The position numbers and the translations under genes are program-made. Below, piece after piece: positions 25,241-38,456 of a DNA stretch of 64,000 bases. Numbering within the stretch: the first letter of the stretch is position 1; each line of letters begins with the position of its first letter. The DNA is from Squalus acanthias (Eukaryota). The notes under the pieces were generated by a model that saw nothing but the letters and a program-made list of their open reading frames with translations, was not told the origin of the DNA and made no database searches. The stretch spans positions 121,398,001 to 121,462,000 of the forward strand of contig CM059432.1 in NCBI GenBank assembly GCA_030390025.1, read 5' to 3'.

Positions 25241-26991
25241 TCTGGATAGGTCCTGAATGAGGTTCTTGGGCAGTGGCGGTATTTCTAGTAGTACAAGAGG
25301 CATTCGATCTATCACTGCCAGCATATCAGAAATCTTGTTCAATGTTGATTCACCTCTGGGACCTTAGCTAGAATGCACCACAGATCAAATGAAAGACTCC
25401 TCTTTATAATGACTCGTAAGAGTCCTAAGTAAAATTGGGCAATCTTCATTCAAATTCCAGTGGCATGAGTCCAAGTAACAAAACTGCATTTAATTAGGCA
25501 TTGTAATTGGTATCACTTGATCAAGTTCACACAGAGAAGTCACATGAATGATGGGATTGGGCAACAGAGCAATCGGAGATGTTCCATCAGAATGTGGCAC
25601 TTTATTAAGGCACTGTTGGAGAAGCTCTGCACTGCATCAGAGCTGTGCCAAACTTGACCTGGAAGTGATTGGTGCTGTCACTGGGTTTAAGAAGAAAAAC
25701 TGCTTTCATGTTGACTGCTGTTATTCCTCACCTTGATGAGAGAAATTTGTCACATGTAGAATCATTGCAACCAGCCTCAGTGGCTGGCCTGCAGCACCGA
25801 TGCATAAAACACACCAGGGCTGTGTCTCTTATAAATTATTGGTTCCCTCCACCACAATGTCAATGACCCATGCACTGAATGACAAGCAGATATGATTCAA
25901 ATAACCGCCTTACAAACACATGCAGTATGGTGCTGTTGGAATAGCACCTTGAACATATGGGAAATGCTCAAGGAACAAAGATGGCCTGAGGCTGTAAGCA
26001 GCAGAGTATCTTAAAATAATTCATTGCTATTTAATCATCTATAGGAACAGTGACTTAATTTGACTGGAAAGGAAAGGAGCATAGTGCCTTTCTCTCCTCC
26101 TCAAGAGCTTTATGAGCGTTTTCCAGCTCCTACACAGTACTGATTTAAACATTGTCTATGTTTCAGAGCTTATTAAGACTTACACACTAGTTCCTCAGCT
26201 ATCAGGCCTCGCGCCACTTCCTGAATTCATACAATGTCTGATGTTGCTCCTGTGTTGACTGCACATTCACAGAGGGGACTCGCTGGACTCTGACATGGAT
26301 AGTCGATGCATCTGCTCTGTGACAAGAGAAAATAAATAGAGAAGGCACATTAGCACAGCACTGGAGCACAGCAATGCATGGCAGCTGGAGTGGTGAAATG
26401 AAGGTTTGACTTCCCATTCTGCTCAGCTACCAACCTTGGCCGTGTCACTATGCAAGTAGTATTCTCCCTTCTCTGCTTTCTGCTTTGCATGCGGCCTGTA
26501 GAAACCTTTGCCCACCTGGCACAGAGACTCATTTGATGGCAGCGCACGCCGGAGAATTGGGCATGGCCCAAATTTCCAGTCAATAAAATTAAGCACCAGA
26601 AAATTTGGAGCACCGTGAATCAAGCACATGAATCTGTGCCAGGTTCTCTATTCCATGCTCCCGTTAAACATGGCTCCCTGCCTGATCCCTTGCCTGAGCA
26701 GCCTCTTGAAATTTACTCTGGTATATCATTAATATCAATCCCTTTCAATGGGGATAATTTTGACTTAAAACGGGCTGCCGATTCACTATTACCAGTTTTA
26801 CACACACAAGTCAAAATTAACCCCAATAACTTTTGGTGAGGAATGGGATCATTTAGATGAGTTCAAAATAATGGCAATCACAAAGCAGCAGCTAATATTG
26901 AAAACATTTTCTCGCATGGACACCAACTCATCACTTTTCTGTGCACCTTCTTTCAGGTTCACTCTAAGCCTAATGCAAAGTTAAAAAGAAA

Positions 26992-27961
26992 GGGGGAGAA
27001 ATTCATTATAGCCCAGGAATGGGCAGTAACTTTTGAAAAGTTTGAGAATTAGCGCCAGGCGCTAATGCTTCAGACTGCACGCAAAATTCAGTCTCATTGC
27101 ACAAAGAAAGGATTGGAGCATTAAATCAAGCGCTAATGGCCTAGCTCAGTGGCATTAAACTCGAAGCACTGACCAATATCAGGTGCAGTCTAATCACAAG
27201 TCATCATTGCCACAGGCACTTTCCAGTTCTTAAAAGGGAGGTTCATTGATGCTGCAGAACCTCATTCTCATCATTGCTGGCTGTGCAGCCGTCTCAGCCA
27301 GCAGCAGTTCAAGGAGAAGGAGCCGGACAACTCCAGCAGCCCTCATGGCCCTTCTCCTCCCTCTGGCCACATGTTCCAATATTTCTCGCTGCCTCCGCTC
27401 CCTCCACCATAGATCCTAGAGGGCAAGGTTGACTGCCAGTACAGCCCCTATTAATGTAACTACGTGTAGTACTTTGATATGTTGTGAGAATAAATGTAAC
27501 TAATTGTTAGTAGCCACAACACTCCTGATACTAAAGAACCTTTAAATGACTGAATTAAACTGTTGCACAGTGTAAAACTGACAAGGAAGCAGTGAAACAG
27601 CACCAACCTGACAGCTGCGACTCATTACTCATGATCCCTTTAAGTAGCGCCCCTGGAGCTGGCATCCTCCTGCTTCACGCCTCCTCTCCCTGTCGCTGTC
27701 GGGGCGAGGCGCTAAGGCAGGGGGGCGACAATATATTTTGCTGATCGGACGGCCACTGAGCATTGCACGCTCACTGACATCACGATCTGCCTGGCGCTGA
27801 GGTCCCTGGCGGTAAGTCGTAGCGGTGGCGCTACGGGGGTGGGTGGGCAGATTTGACATGCGTCGCTGGATTCGCCTCGCCCCAGCGCTACTGCATCAGC
27901 ACCCCGTTAGCACGCCCGCCAGGCGCTAACTGGAGGTGCTAACCAACTGAATTTTTCCCCC
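26992..27961. mobile_element. Non-autonomous Harbinger-like element
   Basis: TIR GGGGGAGAAATTCA / TGAATTTTTCCCCC with AAA on both sides; subterminal GGCGCTAA motifs. Confidence 0.75.
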
Positions 27962-29068
27962 AAAATGTCTTAATTGTCCATGCCAGAATTAATGGGGCTC
28001 CACTATATCAGACAAGTGGATGCAATCAAATTAAAATTCTTCTTTACTTTGGAATAAGTCTGACGTATTTAGATGTAAGATGAGGATGAATTTCTCCGCC
28101 CCCCCCCCCCCCCCCGCGCCGACCTCCAGCAGCTGACCAGCAGGAAACCCAATCCATTAGAGGGCTGGGACTCCTTTACCTCTGGACCGTGGGCTGTGGC
28201 TGGAGTTTCATTGCCCCGGGGCAGTCCGCTGGCTCCAGGCCGTTGGAACATCTGGTGCCTCTGCCAGTCTTTGGGCCAAAGGACCATTGGGGTGGCCTTG
28301 ATGTTTGGAGGGAGGAAGCCAGGGTGGCAGTGACCCAAGCTAGATTTGTGGAGCCTGGAGGAGCACACCTGTTCCTCCCAACCGCGCCAAAAGGAAAGAG
28401 GATTTTACCTTCAGGATGCTCTTCTGCCAGACCGCCAGCTGACACTGGTCGGAGTGTGCGCCATCTAAAAATAGCAATACGACACAGATTTCTATTTTAA
28501 ATGGGCCTACCACCTGACTCTGTCCGCCCAGCAGTGGGCCTCAGTGAACATTGCCTTGGCCAAAATGAAGACCATCACGTTTCTGCCGGGCAGAAGGTCT
28601 GAATAGTCAGTGCATAGGTGTCCCTCTGGCTGCATAGCCATGGAGAAGGGCCAAGGGTAATCAAGTTCATAAAATAGATGGCGACCAAAGTGCTGACACA
28701 CAAACACAGAGGCCAGGGTTTCCCCGCTTCTGTGCTCGCCAGCACAGTTTAATGTCCATTATCATGAATGTGGAGGGGGCGGAAGTATAAATCACAGGCT
28801 GGCAAGCACAGAAGTAGAAAACCCTGGCGAGGCAGTTTATTGACACCCAATACATCAAGCTCTCATCTAAATACTCCAGTAGTTTTGCATTATATTATTC
28901 CACAATATGCTTCTAATTTCCTACACAATTCATATCAATCTTTACCAAGAGCAGCTACAGACTAGAATGAAGGTTAACTACAATATAGAGCAAGTGTTTC
29001 TGTTAGATGCTCCTTTCTCTGTTACTCTGCTTTGGCTTAACAACCAGGATTCCCTTCCAGCTCCAATA

Positions 29069-29387
29069 CAGGTTGAGCGTCCAAAATCCGGAGTTCCGGA
29101 ATCCGGACTCTGGGACGATTGGTGGCAGGGTCGTCCGGAGTCCGTAAAATGTTTCAGAATCCGGACACCCTGAGGGAGGCTTACCAAAAACCAGAAATAT
29201 CGCAACCTGGGCCCAGGCATTTCCGGACTCGGCACGTGTTTCTGATGTCCGAAGTCCGGAAATATCGCAACCTGGGCTCGGGCGTTTCCGGACTTCGGAC
29301 ATCAGAAACACGTTCTGAAGTCCGGAAAAATACGAAAACCGGCTCGGCCTCGGTCCCGAGGTTGTCGGATTTGGGACGCTCAACCTG
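29069..29387. mobile_element. Tc1/mariner (Tigger/pogo-like) MITE
   Basis: TIR CAGGTTGAGCGTCC(A/C)AAATCCG with TA on both sides. Confidence 0.88.
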
Positions 29388-29974
29388 TACTGCTTTTTTT
29401 ACAGGGCTGTTGACCACAGAGGTGAGATAGAGGGAAAGCTATAGCTGGAGCTATTTTTCATATCTCTGAAGTGTTTCAAGAGAGCTATGGTTCATTAGCA
29501 GAGGTTGAAAATGCTCAATCTTTCTAGATTCAGAGATTCTTCATGTTATTTTACCTAATGTTGGATATATTCCCAGTTTTCCATAGGATCACTAATGCAA
29601 ATCTTCATTGGATGCATTCTTTTTTCATTTTGTCGCGGTTTTCCTCCAGCCTGTCTTTCTAGGTGGGATACTTCCAATTCTGCTCTTGTCAAGGAAACTA
29701 TCCTGATGGGCTGACAGCAGTGACTGACCTGTTGTAATGTTAATGGGCCATGCTGGCAGAAGGGGGCCATCCATCTTATGGTAAAACCGGCAATCATTTT
29801 ACAACCAGACATTTGTTTCTGCTACATTATACATAGTATGATTCAGAACATAGATGAAACGTTAGGACTAATGCCCTGGCCAGGCAATCCCAGTGAGCAG
29901 CAGTGCTCACATGGAGCACTGGTCACCGAACCGTGGACCTGAAGCCCCTAATTTACTGTCAATTTAAATGAACC

Positions 29975-30770
29975 GATGGAAAGTGTCAGTTTCCACATGT
30001 ACGCTGACGACACCCAGCTCTACCTCACCACCACCTCTCTCGACCCCTCCACTAGCTCAAAATTGTCAGACTGCTTGTCCAACATCCAGTACTGGATGAG
30101 CAGAAATTTTCTCCAATTTAATATTGGGAAGTCCGAAGGCATTATTATCGGTCCCTGCCACAAACTCCGTTCCCTAGCCATCGACTCCATCCCATTTCGT
30201 CAACTGTCTGATGCTGAACCAAACTGTTCGCAACCTTGGTGACATATTTGACCCCGAGATGAGCTTCCGACCACATAACTGCACCATTACTAAGGCCGCC
30301 TATTTCCACCACTGCAACATCACCTGACTCCGCTCCTGCCTCAGCTCATCTACTGCTGAAACCCATGCCTTTGTTACCTCTAGACTTGACTAATCCAACG
30401 CACTCCTGGCCAGCCTCCCACGTTCTACCCTCTGTAAACTTGAGGTAATCCAAAACTCTGCTGCCCATGTCCTAACTCGCACCTTGTCCCGTTCACCCAT
30501 CACCCCTGTGCTCGCTGACCTACATTGGCTCTCAGTTAAGCAACGCCTCGATTTTTAAATTTTCATTCTTGTTTTCAAATCCCTCCATGGCCTCACCCCT
30601 CCCTACCTCTGTAATCTCATCCAGCCCTACAACCCACTGAGATATCTGCGCTCCTCCAATTTTGGCCTCTTGACCATCCCTGATTTTAATCGCTCCACCG
30701 TTGACAGCTCTGCCTTCAGCTGCCTGGGCCCTAAGCTCTGGAATTCCCTCCCTAAACCTCTCAGCCTTTA
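29975..30770 (+). mobile_element. L2 LINE RT/C-terminal fragment
   Basis: SFHMYADDTQLYL...LSNIQYWMSRNFLQFN; 3' part is the reverse complement of 8260-8780-like sequence. Confidence 0.9.
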
Positions 30771-32297
30771 GTGTCATCCAAAGTGCTCAGATCTAATGGG
30801 AGTTGCCTGACTTAGATATTAGGTTACTGAATCTGCCACAGACGATTGATTTGATTCCAATCTTCGAAGGCAGGTATGCTGTCTTGCAGCCTACTTGACG
30901 CCAAAATGATATATGGTTACCTCTCCCCCTCTGATGGATGATAGTCACTAATTAGTCATTAGACAACTGACAAATATGGCTTTGAATCCTCACTAGACAA
31001 CAGGTACCAGTAACTCTTAACAAGCAACATGGTGAGCAGCACAACGCTCCCTAAAATATGTGAGGCAGCATAGATACACCCCATACCACGTTGAATGGTT
31101 GTTCCACCAGTTGAAGGTATAGAGCTTCAGCGGTAGCTGTTTATCTCTCTGCAACTCAATTATGGTAGACACCAAACCCTATATATATAAGCATCATACC
31201 CGTCCTCTGTTGTCCTAAGTCTCAGAGTTTCTTCTATATTATGGACATCCACTCAGCATGCTGAAAGGACCTATGCAGGACAGCTTGTGATTTGTTTGCC
31301 ACCTTTATGTCTCTGAAGAATCAAAAGGGGTGATCTCAAGATAAGCTAATATTGACCCATTTAATCTTATCCTTCCAGAATACCAACCCTTCCATTTTCC
31401 AGTTACAGCATTTAGCTGTTTCTTAAATGAATCCTGTGTCCTGGATTCAACTGACCATCCTGGTAATCCATTCCAGCTGTGTAAAGAAATGCTTCCTGGC
31501 ATCTATCTTAAACTTTGCCATTGACAAGAGTAATTTTTGTGCTCAGCTTTTTGTGGTCTCCATTACCTAGAATGAGGTACAAGGGCTGATTCTGCAATCA
31601 GGTGCTCACATCAATGAGCAGCGCTCGCATGGGCCTTGGTTAGGAAATCGTGGGCCCATGCTTTCCCATCCTGGCTACAGGCCTCCACCATTTCCTGATC
31701 TGAGCTTTCTGAAAACAATACGGCTCTTTGGCAGCACCTGATCATGGAACCAGGCCAGCCGTTTAGCGGTTCTGGTTTCTACCTATGTTAACTCATTTTT
31801 GGAAGTATCACACCTTCTTTATCCATCAGTGATCTACTTCTGTTATCTACTACCTCACACCCTAGCTTCATGTTTGGAATATTTGGAGCAACTATTTGTT
31901 TTCAATGCATGGCTGGTAATCTTGTAGAGCAGATTAGCGGCTTATTATAGAATCCGACATTTTCATCCATTGATTTCAGAACAGATTCTATAACAGCCGG
32001 GCGATTCGTTCCCACAGATTACTTGCAGCAAAGACAAAAATTTAGCCCTGTGGTCACATTTTCACTGTTTCACGTTGGACTTCAGAAACTTTTTTGGTTT
32101 TACATACAATTATATTCTAGCCTTCACACTGACCTTTTGTTATGGGCAATTTGATTTTGACATCGGAAAAGAATATTTGGACCTCCGAACATATAGAAAA
32201 TGTTTCCTTCAAGGCCTTTCCTTCACTTTGCTGTGTCTTTTCTATAAATGCTGCTTTCTGCATTTCACCACTAATAAGTTCTAACTTATGCTATAAG

Positions 32298-32765
32298 CCT
32301 TGGCTCAGTGGTAGAACTGCCGCCTTTGAGTCAGAAGGTTGTGGGTGCAAGCCGCACGCCATGGACTTGAGCACATAATTTAGCATGATACTTCAGTGCA
32401 GTACTGCAGTGCAGTACATTGTCGGAGGTGCCATTTTTCAGATGAGATATTATTGTGAGGATTGTGATTATGCCCATCCTTGCAGATGGATATAAAAGAT
32501 CTCATGGCAATATTTAAAGAAGAGCAGGAGATTTCTCCTGGTGTCCTTGCTAACATTTATCTCTGAAGCTGCACCACTAAAACAGATTATCTGGTCATTT
32601 ATCTCATTGCTCTTTGTGGGACCTTGCTGTGAGCAAATTGGCTTCTGCATTTCCCTGTATGGCAACAGTGACTACACTTCAAAAGTAATTAATTGGCTGT
32701 GAAGCGCTCTGAGATGTCCTGAGGAAACAAAAGGCGGTATGTAAACGCAGTTTCTTTCTTTCTTT
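32298..32765 (+). mobile_element. Full-length diverged Deu-SINE
   Basis: TGGCTCAGTGG head, Deu core, tail. Confidence 0.85.
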
Positions 32766-33057
32766 AAGTTAAGATGCAATAGACTGCAGGCTTGAGGGTA
32801 AGTGAACAAGTCAAGTTACCACCCAAGCTGCCCTTTTTACCCACAAGCGTAAATGTTAGTCCCCTTATCTCTCAAAGATTCCACGCATAACCATTAGCCT
32901 GTTTATAGAAGCAATAAAACCAAATTCTAATCATATTGATTAAAACTGAGGATGTTCTTGACATTAGGTCGAATTCCCTGATTGGGCGCTCGCAGTGAGG
33001 AGTGGTACTCGCAGCGGGCATTAGTTAGGAAATCACAGGCCTGCAGCCTCTTTTTTT

Positions 33058-33310
33058 CAACAACAACAACATCAACTTGTACTTGTACAGCGCTTTTCAT
33101 GTAGTAAAAGGTCCCAAGGTGCTTCACGGGACCATTATCAGACAACATTTGTCACCGAGCCACATAAGGAGATATTAGGACAGGTGACCAAAAAGAGGTA
33201 GGTTTTAAGGAGCGTCTCAAAGGAGGAAAGAGAGGCGGAGAGGTTTAGGGAGGGAATTCCAGAGCTTCGGGCCAAGGCAGCTGAAGGCACGGCCACCAAT
33301 GGTGAGGGCA
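33058..33310 (-). mobile_element. L2 3' end fragment
   Basis: Matches 8070-8330; (CAA)n tail. Confidence 0.85.
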
Positions 33311-34164
33311 TTAAACACCAACATTAACCCAGTACATACTTTGGGATCCCTGAGAATGGGGGATTGCCAACTTAAACCCTAAGCTTTTGGGACTTAAGTA
33401 AGTGGAGTGTCTTTACAAAAGTGTATACTCTATCAGGCAAACAGAAACTTTACCTGTGTGAATTTCTCAGTAGCTTGGTTTACAGACTCTTAAGCGTGGC
33501 AATGGGTTTCTATCTATTCCAGTCACCTGGCTAACTGAAACCAGCACTTTTCTTCATGGGAAAATACTCATTAAAAGAAGGACTGTAAACAATTAAGCTT
33601 TCAAATCATGCTTCTTTATATTTGTACAGGAATGCTTAAAATATCATACCAAATTGCTTTGTCTGCTGGTTTAACTGAGGTATTAATCTTTTCATTTTAA
33701 ACAGATTAACACCTTTGTTAAAATAGTGCTCAAATGAATTTCGTGTGAACGTGTTAAGTGATCGTATGCTAATATTGCTCTCTGTAATTTAAAGGCCTCA
33801 GTGGAACCAATAATGTGGTGGCAGGCACTTGACACACCAAAGTAATTTGGACGTTTCTCCTTGTAGGAGGGCTAACCATTTGTTGATGACCAGGAATTTT
33901 GTTGACGTCCAGCGGCCAATTCTTTAAAGGAGTTTTTGTGTCCAAGGGTCTCTGACAGGACGTGAAATGATGGTATATGTACAACAGTCCTTTCATAGCT
34001 GTTGCCGCCCTTTATTCTGCCCCCTGACTTCTGTGGTGTTCGCAGCGCATCAGGCATGTGCATCATTAGTCCCGTTAAAATATTCATATGTGCTGGCCTT
34101 GCGTTACCGTGTGAGGTCAGCCCATTTCGCTGTAGGCAATGGCAGAGTCTGATGCACCACCGAC

Positions 34165-34535
34165 CTAATTGAGGTGTTTAAGATGATTAAAAGAATTGAG
34201 ATAGAGAGAAACTATTTACTCTAGTGCGGGAATCCCGAACAAGTGGGCAGAACCTTAAAATTAGAGCTAGTCTGTTCAGGGGTAATGTCAGGAAGCACTT
34301 CTTCACACAAAAGAGTAGTGGAAATCTGGAACTCTCTCCTCCATAAAGCTGTTGAGGTTAGGTCAATAGAAATTTCAAAACTGAGATTGATAGATTTTTG
34401 TTAGGCAAAGGTATTAAGGGTTACGGAACCAAGGTGGGCAAATGCAGTTAAGCTACGGATTAGCCCTGATCTCATTGAATGTCGGAACAGGCTAGAGGGA
34501 CTGAATGGCCTACTGCTGTTCCTATGTTCCTATGG
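34165..34535 (+). mobile_element. CR1 3' fragment
   Basis: GACCTAATTGAGGTGTTTAAG...TGGAACTCTCTC...TTCCTATGTTCCTATG tail. Confidence 0.85.
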
Positions 34536-34667
34536 TACCATTCCAGCAGAACTGTATTATCACACCAGTCTATTTAAAAAAAAAATCTGGCATAGTGTTT
34601 TGGACACAACATAACCAAGGATACAAACAAGAAGTGATATTAGCAAATATTCAGTCTAGAACACCAA

Positions 34668-35300
34668 GGGCGAAAAATTTGGTTGCTTTGCACCTCCCGT
34701 TAGCACCCCGAGGGGGCGCTAATGGGTATTGAGCACCCGAAATTGAGCGGGAGGTTAGCAGCGGTGGTAGCTGGTAGCGCCCTGTGGTGCTGCATCTCTG
34801 GCAATGACATCATCGGCGTGCGTAGCGCCCCGCTCGCGCCCCGGCGGCAAACTTGGCTCGCGCCCCCTGACCTGCCGCCGGACGCTATGTCCGACAGGGT
34901 CAGGGTGGCGTTTTTGCGGCCAGGACGGTGTAATTTAAAGGGCAGGTGCCGGGCGGCCATTTTTTTGGGCCGCTTGACAGCACCTGCCCCCTTTCGCCTC
35001 CTCTTGCGAGGTGCCAGCCCCGGTACGTGCTGCGCTAGGCCCCTCCCCTTTAATTGGATGAGACGTTAAACCGAGGCCCCATCTGCTCTCTCAGGTTGGA
35101 CTAAAAGATCCCATGGCACTCTTTCGAAGAAGAGTAGGGGAGTTATGCCCGGTGTCCTGGCCAATGTTTATCCCTCAAATATTGAATGGGAGCACCCCAA
35201 GAGGCAGGGGAGCGCTTCCAGTAGCGCCCCGCCTCCTGCTTGGGGCACTACCATTCAATTTTGGCCGCGGGGATACTAAATTTTTCAGGGCGCTAAAAGT
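34668..35300. mobile_element. Harbinger-like MITE (1582 family) with an internal Deu-SINE fragment at ~35055-35180
   Basis: Left arm similar to 1582-1900; GGATGAGACGTTAAACCGAGGCCCC...TTTATCCCTCAA is SINE core; right part resembles 6700-6870. Confidence 0.7.
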
Positions 35301-35924
35301 AGACACATTTATCTACGCATGTCCTATTTCGATCATCAAATTGTGATCAGTTGAAAATTCCAAGTTCAAGATGAATGGTTTGCTCAGATAAGGGCTAACC
35401 ATCCTGAAAATATCATCTGATGCTTCCCATAATCCAACCTAGTGCTTATCATGGGCATAATGTTGGGAGTTGGGCCTTGCGCTCTCTGTCCATCCATCAA
35501 AGGCACATGTTAGAAATTAAGAGGCTCATTCCACATTTGGATGAAAAATCAAGTAAAGCACATGCCCAAATTCTTAATTTGCTCTTTCAGTGGGTGAGGA
35601 TCAGTGTAGGTAGCATGATTTTGTAAAATGACCCCTCATGTTTCAGCACGTTGAAAGCTACTTAATGTGACAAAAATATAAATTTGTTTTGTTAAGCTCT
35701 TATACAAGCTGTGGTAACCCAGGTCCGGGGTGGATTTTACTCACTTTAAAAAAGTCTATAATGGTTACTCAGAGACACTTTGTCCATTATACAGCCACCT
35801 AACCGGAGCAGATAAGAGAACTAAACATGAGAGAACATCGAGGGAGTAGTAATCACAATATTATAAGGTTTAAGATAATGATTTTGAAATATATAGATAG
35901 TACAAAGTACAAAGTAATAGAATG

Positions 35925-36385
35925 AAAGACTTGCATTTCTCTAGCGCCTTTCATGACTTCAGGACGTCTCAAAGTGCTTTACAGCCAATGAAATACTTTT
36001 CAAGTGTAGTCACTGTTGTAATGTAGGAAACATGGCAGCCAATCTGCACACAGCAAGCTCCCACAAACAGCAATGTGATAATGGCCAGATAATCTGTTTT
36101 AGTGATGTTGATTGAGGGATAAACATTGGCCAGGACACCGAGGAGAACTCCCCTACCCTTCTTCGAAACAGTGCCATGGGATCTTTTAGGATAACCTGAG
36201 AGAGCAGACGGGGCCTCGGTTTAACGTCTCATCCAAAAGACGGCACCTCCAACAGTGCAGCGTTCCCTCAGTACTGCACTGGAGTGTCAGCCTAGATTTT
36301 TGTGCTCAAACTTCTGGAGTGAGACTTGAACCCACAACCTTCTGACTCAGAGGCATGAGTGCTACAAACTGAGCCACGGCTGACA
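35925..36385 (-). mobile_element. Full-length Deu-SINE
   Basis: Reverse-complement match to 18005-18462. Confidence 0.92.
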
Positions 36386-36389
36386 CAGA

Positions 36390-36740
36390 TTGTGGAAAAA
36401 AACAAATATGAGGGAATGAGGATGGCGCTAAAGAAGGTAAACTGGAGAAAAATATTGGCAGACAAAGAGGTAGAACAACAGTGGGCAATATTTAAAGGAG
36501 AGATTAATGAAGTTCAGAAGAAATATATTCCACTAAACAATAAGAAAAAACTAGCTAAAAATGTGATGGCATTAATAAATAAGGAGCTAAGGATAAAATT
36601 GAGTCTAAAGAAAACGGCAGATGCATAAACAATAAAATAGGTGATAATAAAGGGAATATGATAAGCTTAGGAAAGAGGTTCAAAAGACAGTTTGGAAGGC
36701 AAAGAGGAAATAGGAAATGAAAATAACAACTATCAAAATA
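36390..36740 (+). mobile_element. Old CR1 ORF2 internal fragment
   Basis: YEGMRMALKKVNW...VEQQWAIFK...QKKYIP resembles the CR1 linker in 3940-5157. Confidence 0.7.
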
Positions 36741-37804
36741 TCAGCAGCCAGGAGGTCCTGATTGGATTTTGAAATCATGGTGAGATAAAAAATTTACAGC
36801 CAATCTGCAACTGAAGTCTTCGGCCTGACCCCAGAACCCCTCCGGTCCCCCTGCTCTGTGATGTTCATTTGGTTGTCCCTATGTCGGGATGTTCAGCCAG
36901 TGAATGATCCAGGAAATGAGAAAAGAGGCCGGGAAAGCCTCTTCCTGCCTCATCACCACTGTTCATACTAGGAGACTGTTCCATTCTAAAAACAGTAAGC
37001 AAAGTAAAGATGTATCTAACTCTTTAAGTTGACATTATCATTGGTCCACTATCACCACAGCTCCTATGACTGTCCTCCACTTCTAAGGCAGGAACATGAA
37101 CCTTGGTGTGTCCATGGATGCTCTTTCATTGACATGTTATGTATTAAAGTTGCAACATGGCTTGCAAGTTCTGGATGCCGTGGGCTAATTCGAGGAATAG
37201 CTCATCCACCTTTCCTCCATCAAGGTCCTACTACCCTCCTCCAGGTGCTCATCTGCCCGAAGCTGTTGGCACTTTCTTGAGGCAGACAGATAACTTAACC
37301 GCCACACGGCTCTTGTTGTTGACCTGTCATAGGAAGTAACATCTACTATCATTACGGTAGCAGGCTTTAACACCTGAACTGACTTCACATAGTTGACATG
37401 CTCGGAGTATGTGTTTTAACATCCTACTTGCACTTGATTGTGGGGCGGGGGGTCAATTTCCTGTACTATTTTGGGTACTATTTAGAAACACAGAAATTTA
37501 AAGACATGAGGAGGTCATTTGGCATTTAATGTAGGTCCCTCTTGGGGACTGATTTTATTCCATCTCATTTTCTTGCTTTATCCCAAACTAATTGTAAATA
37601 AATTTGATTTGTTCTTTCAACCTGTAGAAAGATGATTTAGTGTATGACCTTTTACATCTTTTGAGTCAATGAAAACCTGGTGGGAATTTTACATGAATTC
37701 CAGTAAGTAATATACTGCAATCAGGATTCATTGTTAGACCTGAACTATGCCAGATCAGTAAGATAAAAAGGGAAAGGCAGAGATCTGAGATAGTAAGAGA
37801 CATG

Positions 37805-38456
37805 GGCCCGTATTTTCCGATCGCAGGCCTCCTGTGGGCGGAGGCCTGCGATCTGGAAAAATCTATGTCCTTACCTGAGGGCTCCCGGGACGCACACACT
37901 TCCGCTCCTGGGCCTCTCCAAACTCCAAATGCGCAGGGCCCACGTATCCCAGGGGCGCAGGCAGTTCGCAGCGTCCCTGGGATCACGTGTGCCATGGGGA
38001 GCCAATCAAAGAAGGGAATCTCCCTTCGTACACTTGACAGGAAGACCTGTCAAATATATGAATGGAGATCACCCCAAAAACATAGTAAAACTTTAAATAA
38101 ATTTTTAAAAATCACATTTTTAAAATGACTTGAAATTACAGTATTTTAAACAAAAATTTAATTTTTTTTAAAAATAATTGAAGTTTTTTATGGGGCTAAA
38201 AATAAACTTACCTTTTTTTAAAGTATTTTTAAAAGATAAATCAGTGAAAATTTTTTTTTTTTTACTTTTTTTCAACTCTTATCCTGGTAAAATCAGGCCT
38301 TATGCCTGCTTTTACCAGGCGCAAGAATTGTAAGGGTTTTCTGCGGGCGGAGGGTCTCCAAAAAGTGGAACTATCTGCCCGCAGAGGCCCTTCTCTAGCT
38401 GTGCATGCCTGAAACCGGCATTTCCGATTTCCCTACGGAATCGGAATATCTGGGCC
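37805..38456. mobile_element. Harbinger-like MITE, relative of 11122-11883
   Basis: Imperfect 17 bp TIR GGCCCGTATTTTCCGAT / ATCGGAATATCTGGGCC, 3 bp TSD ATG. Confidence 0.85.

Noticed and set aside
28978..29430. Overlapping ORFs on both strands
   Set aside because: Result of the GC-rich palindromic MITE lacking stop codons
30830..31300. Possible ancient LINE remnant (also 37030-37430)
   Set aside because: No diagnostic motif that I could read with confidence
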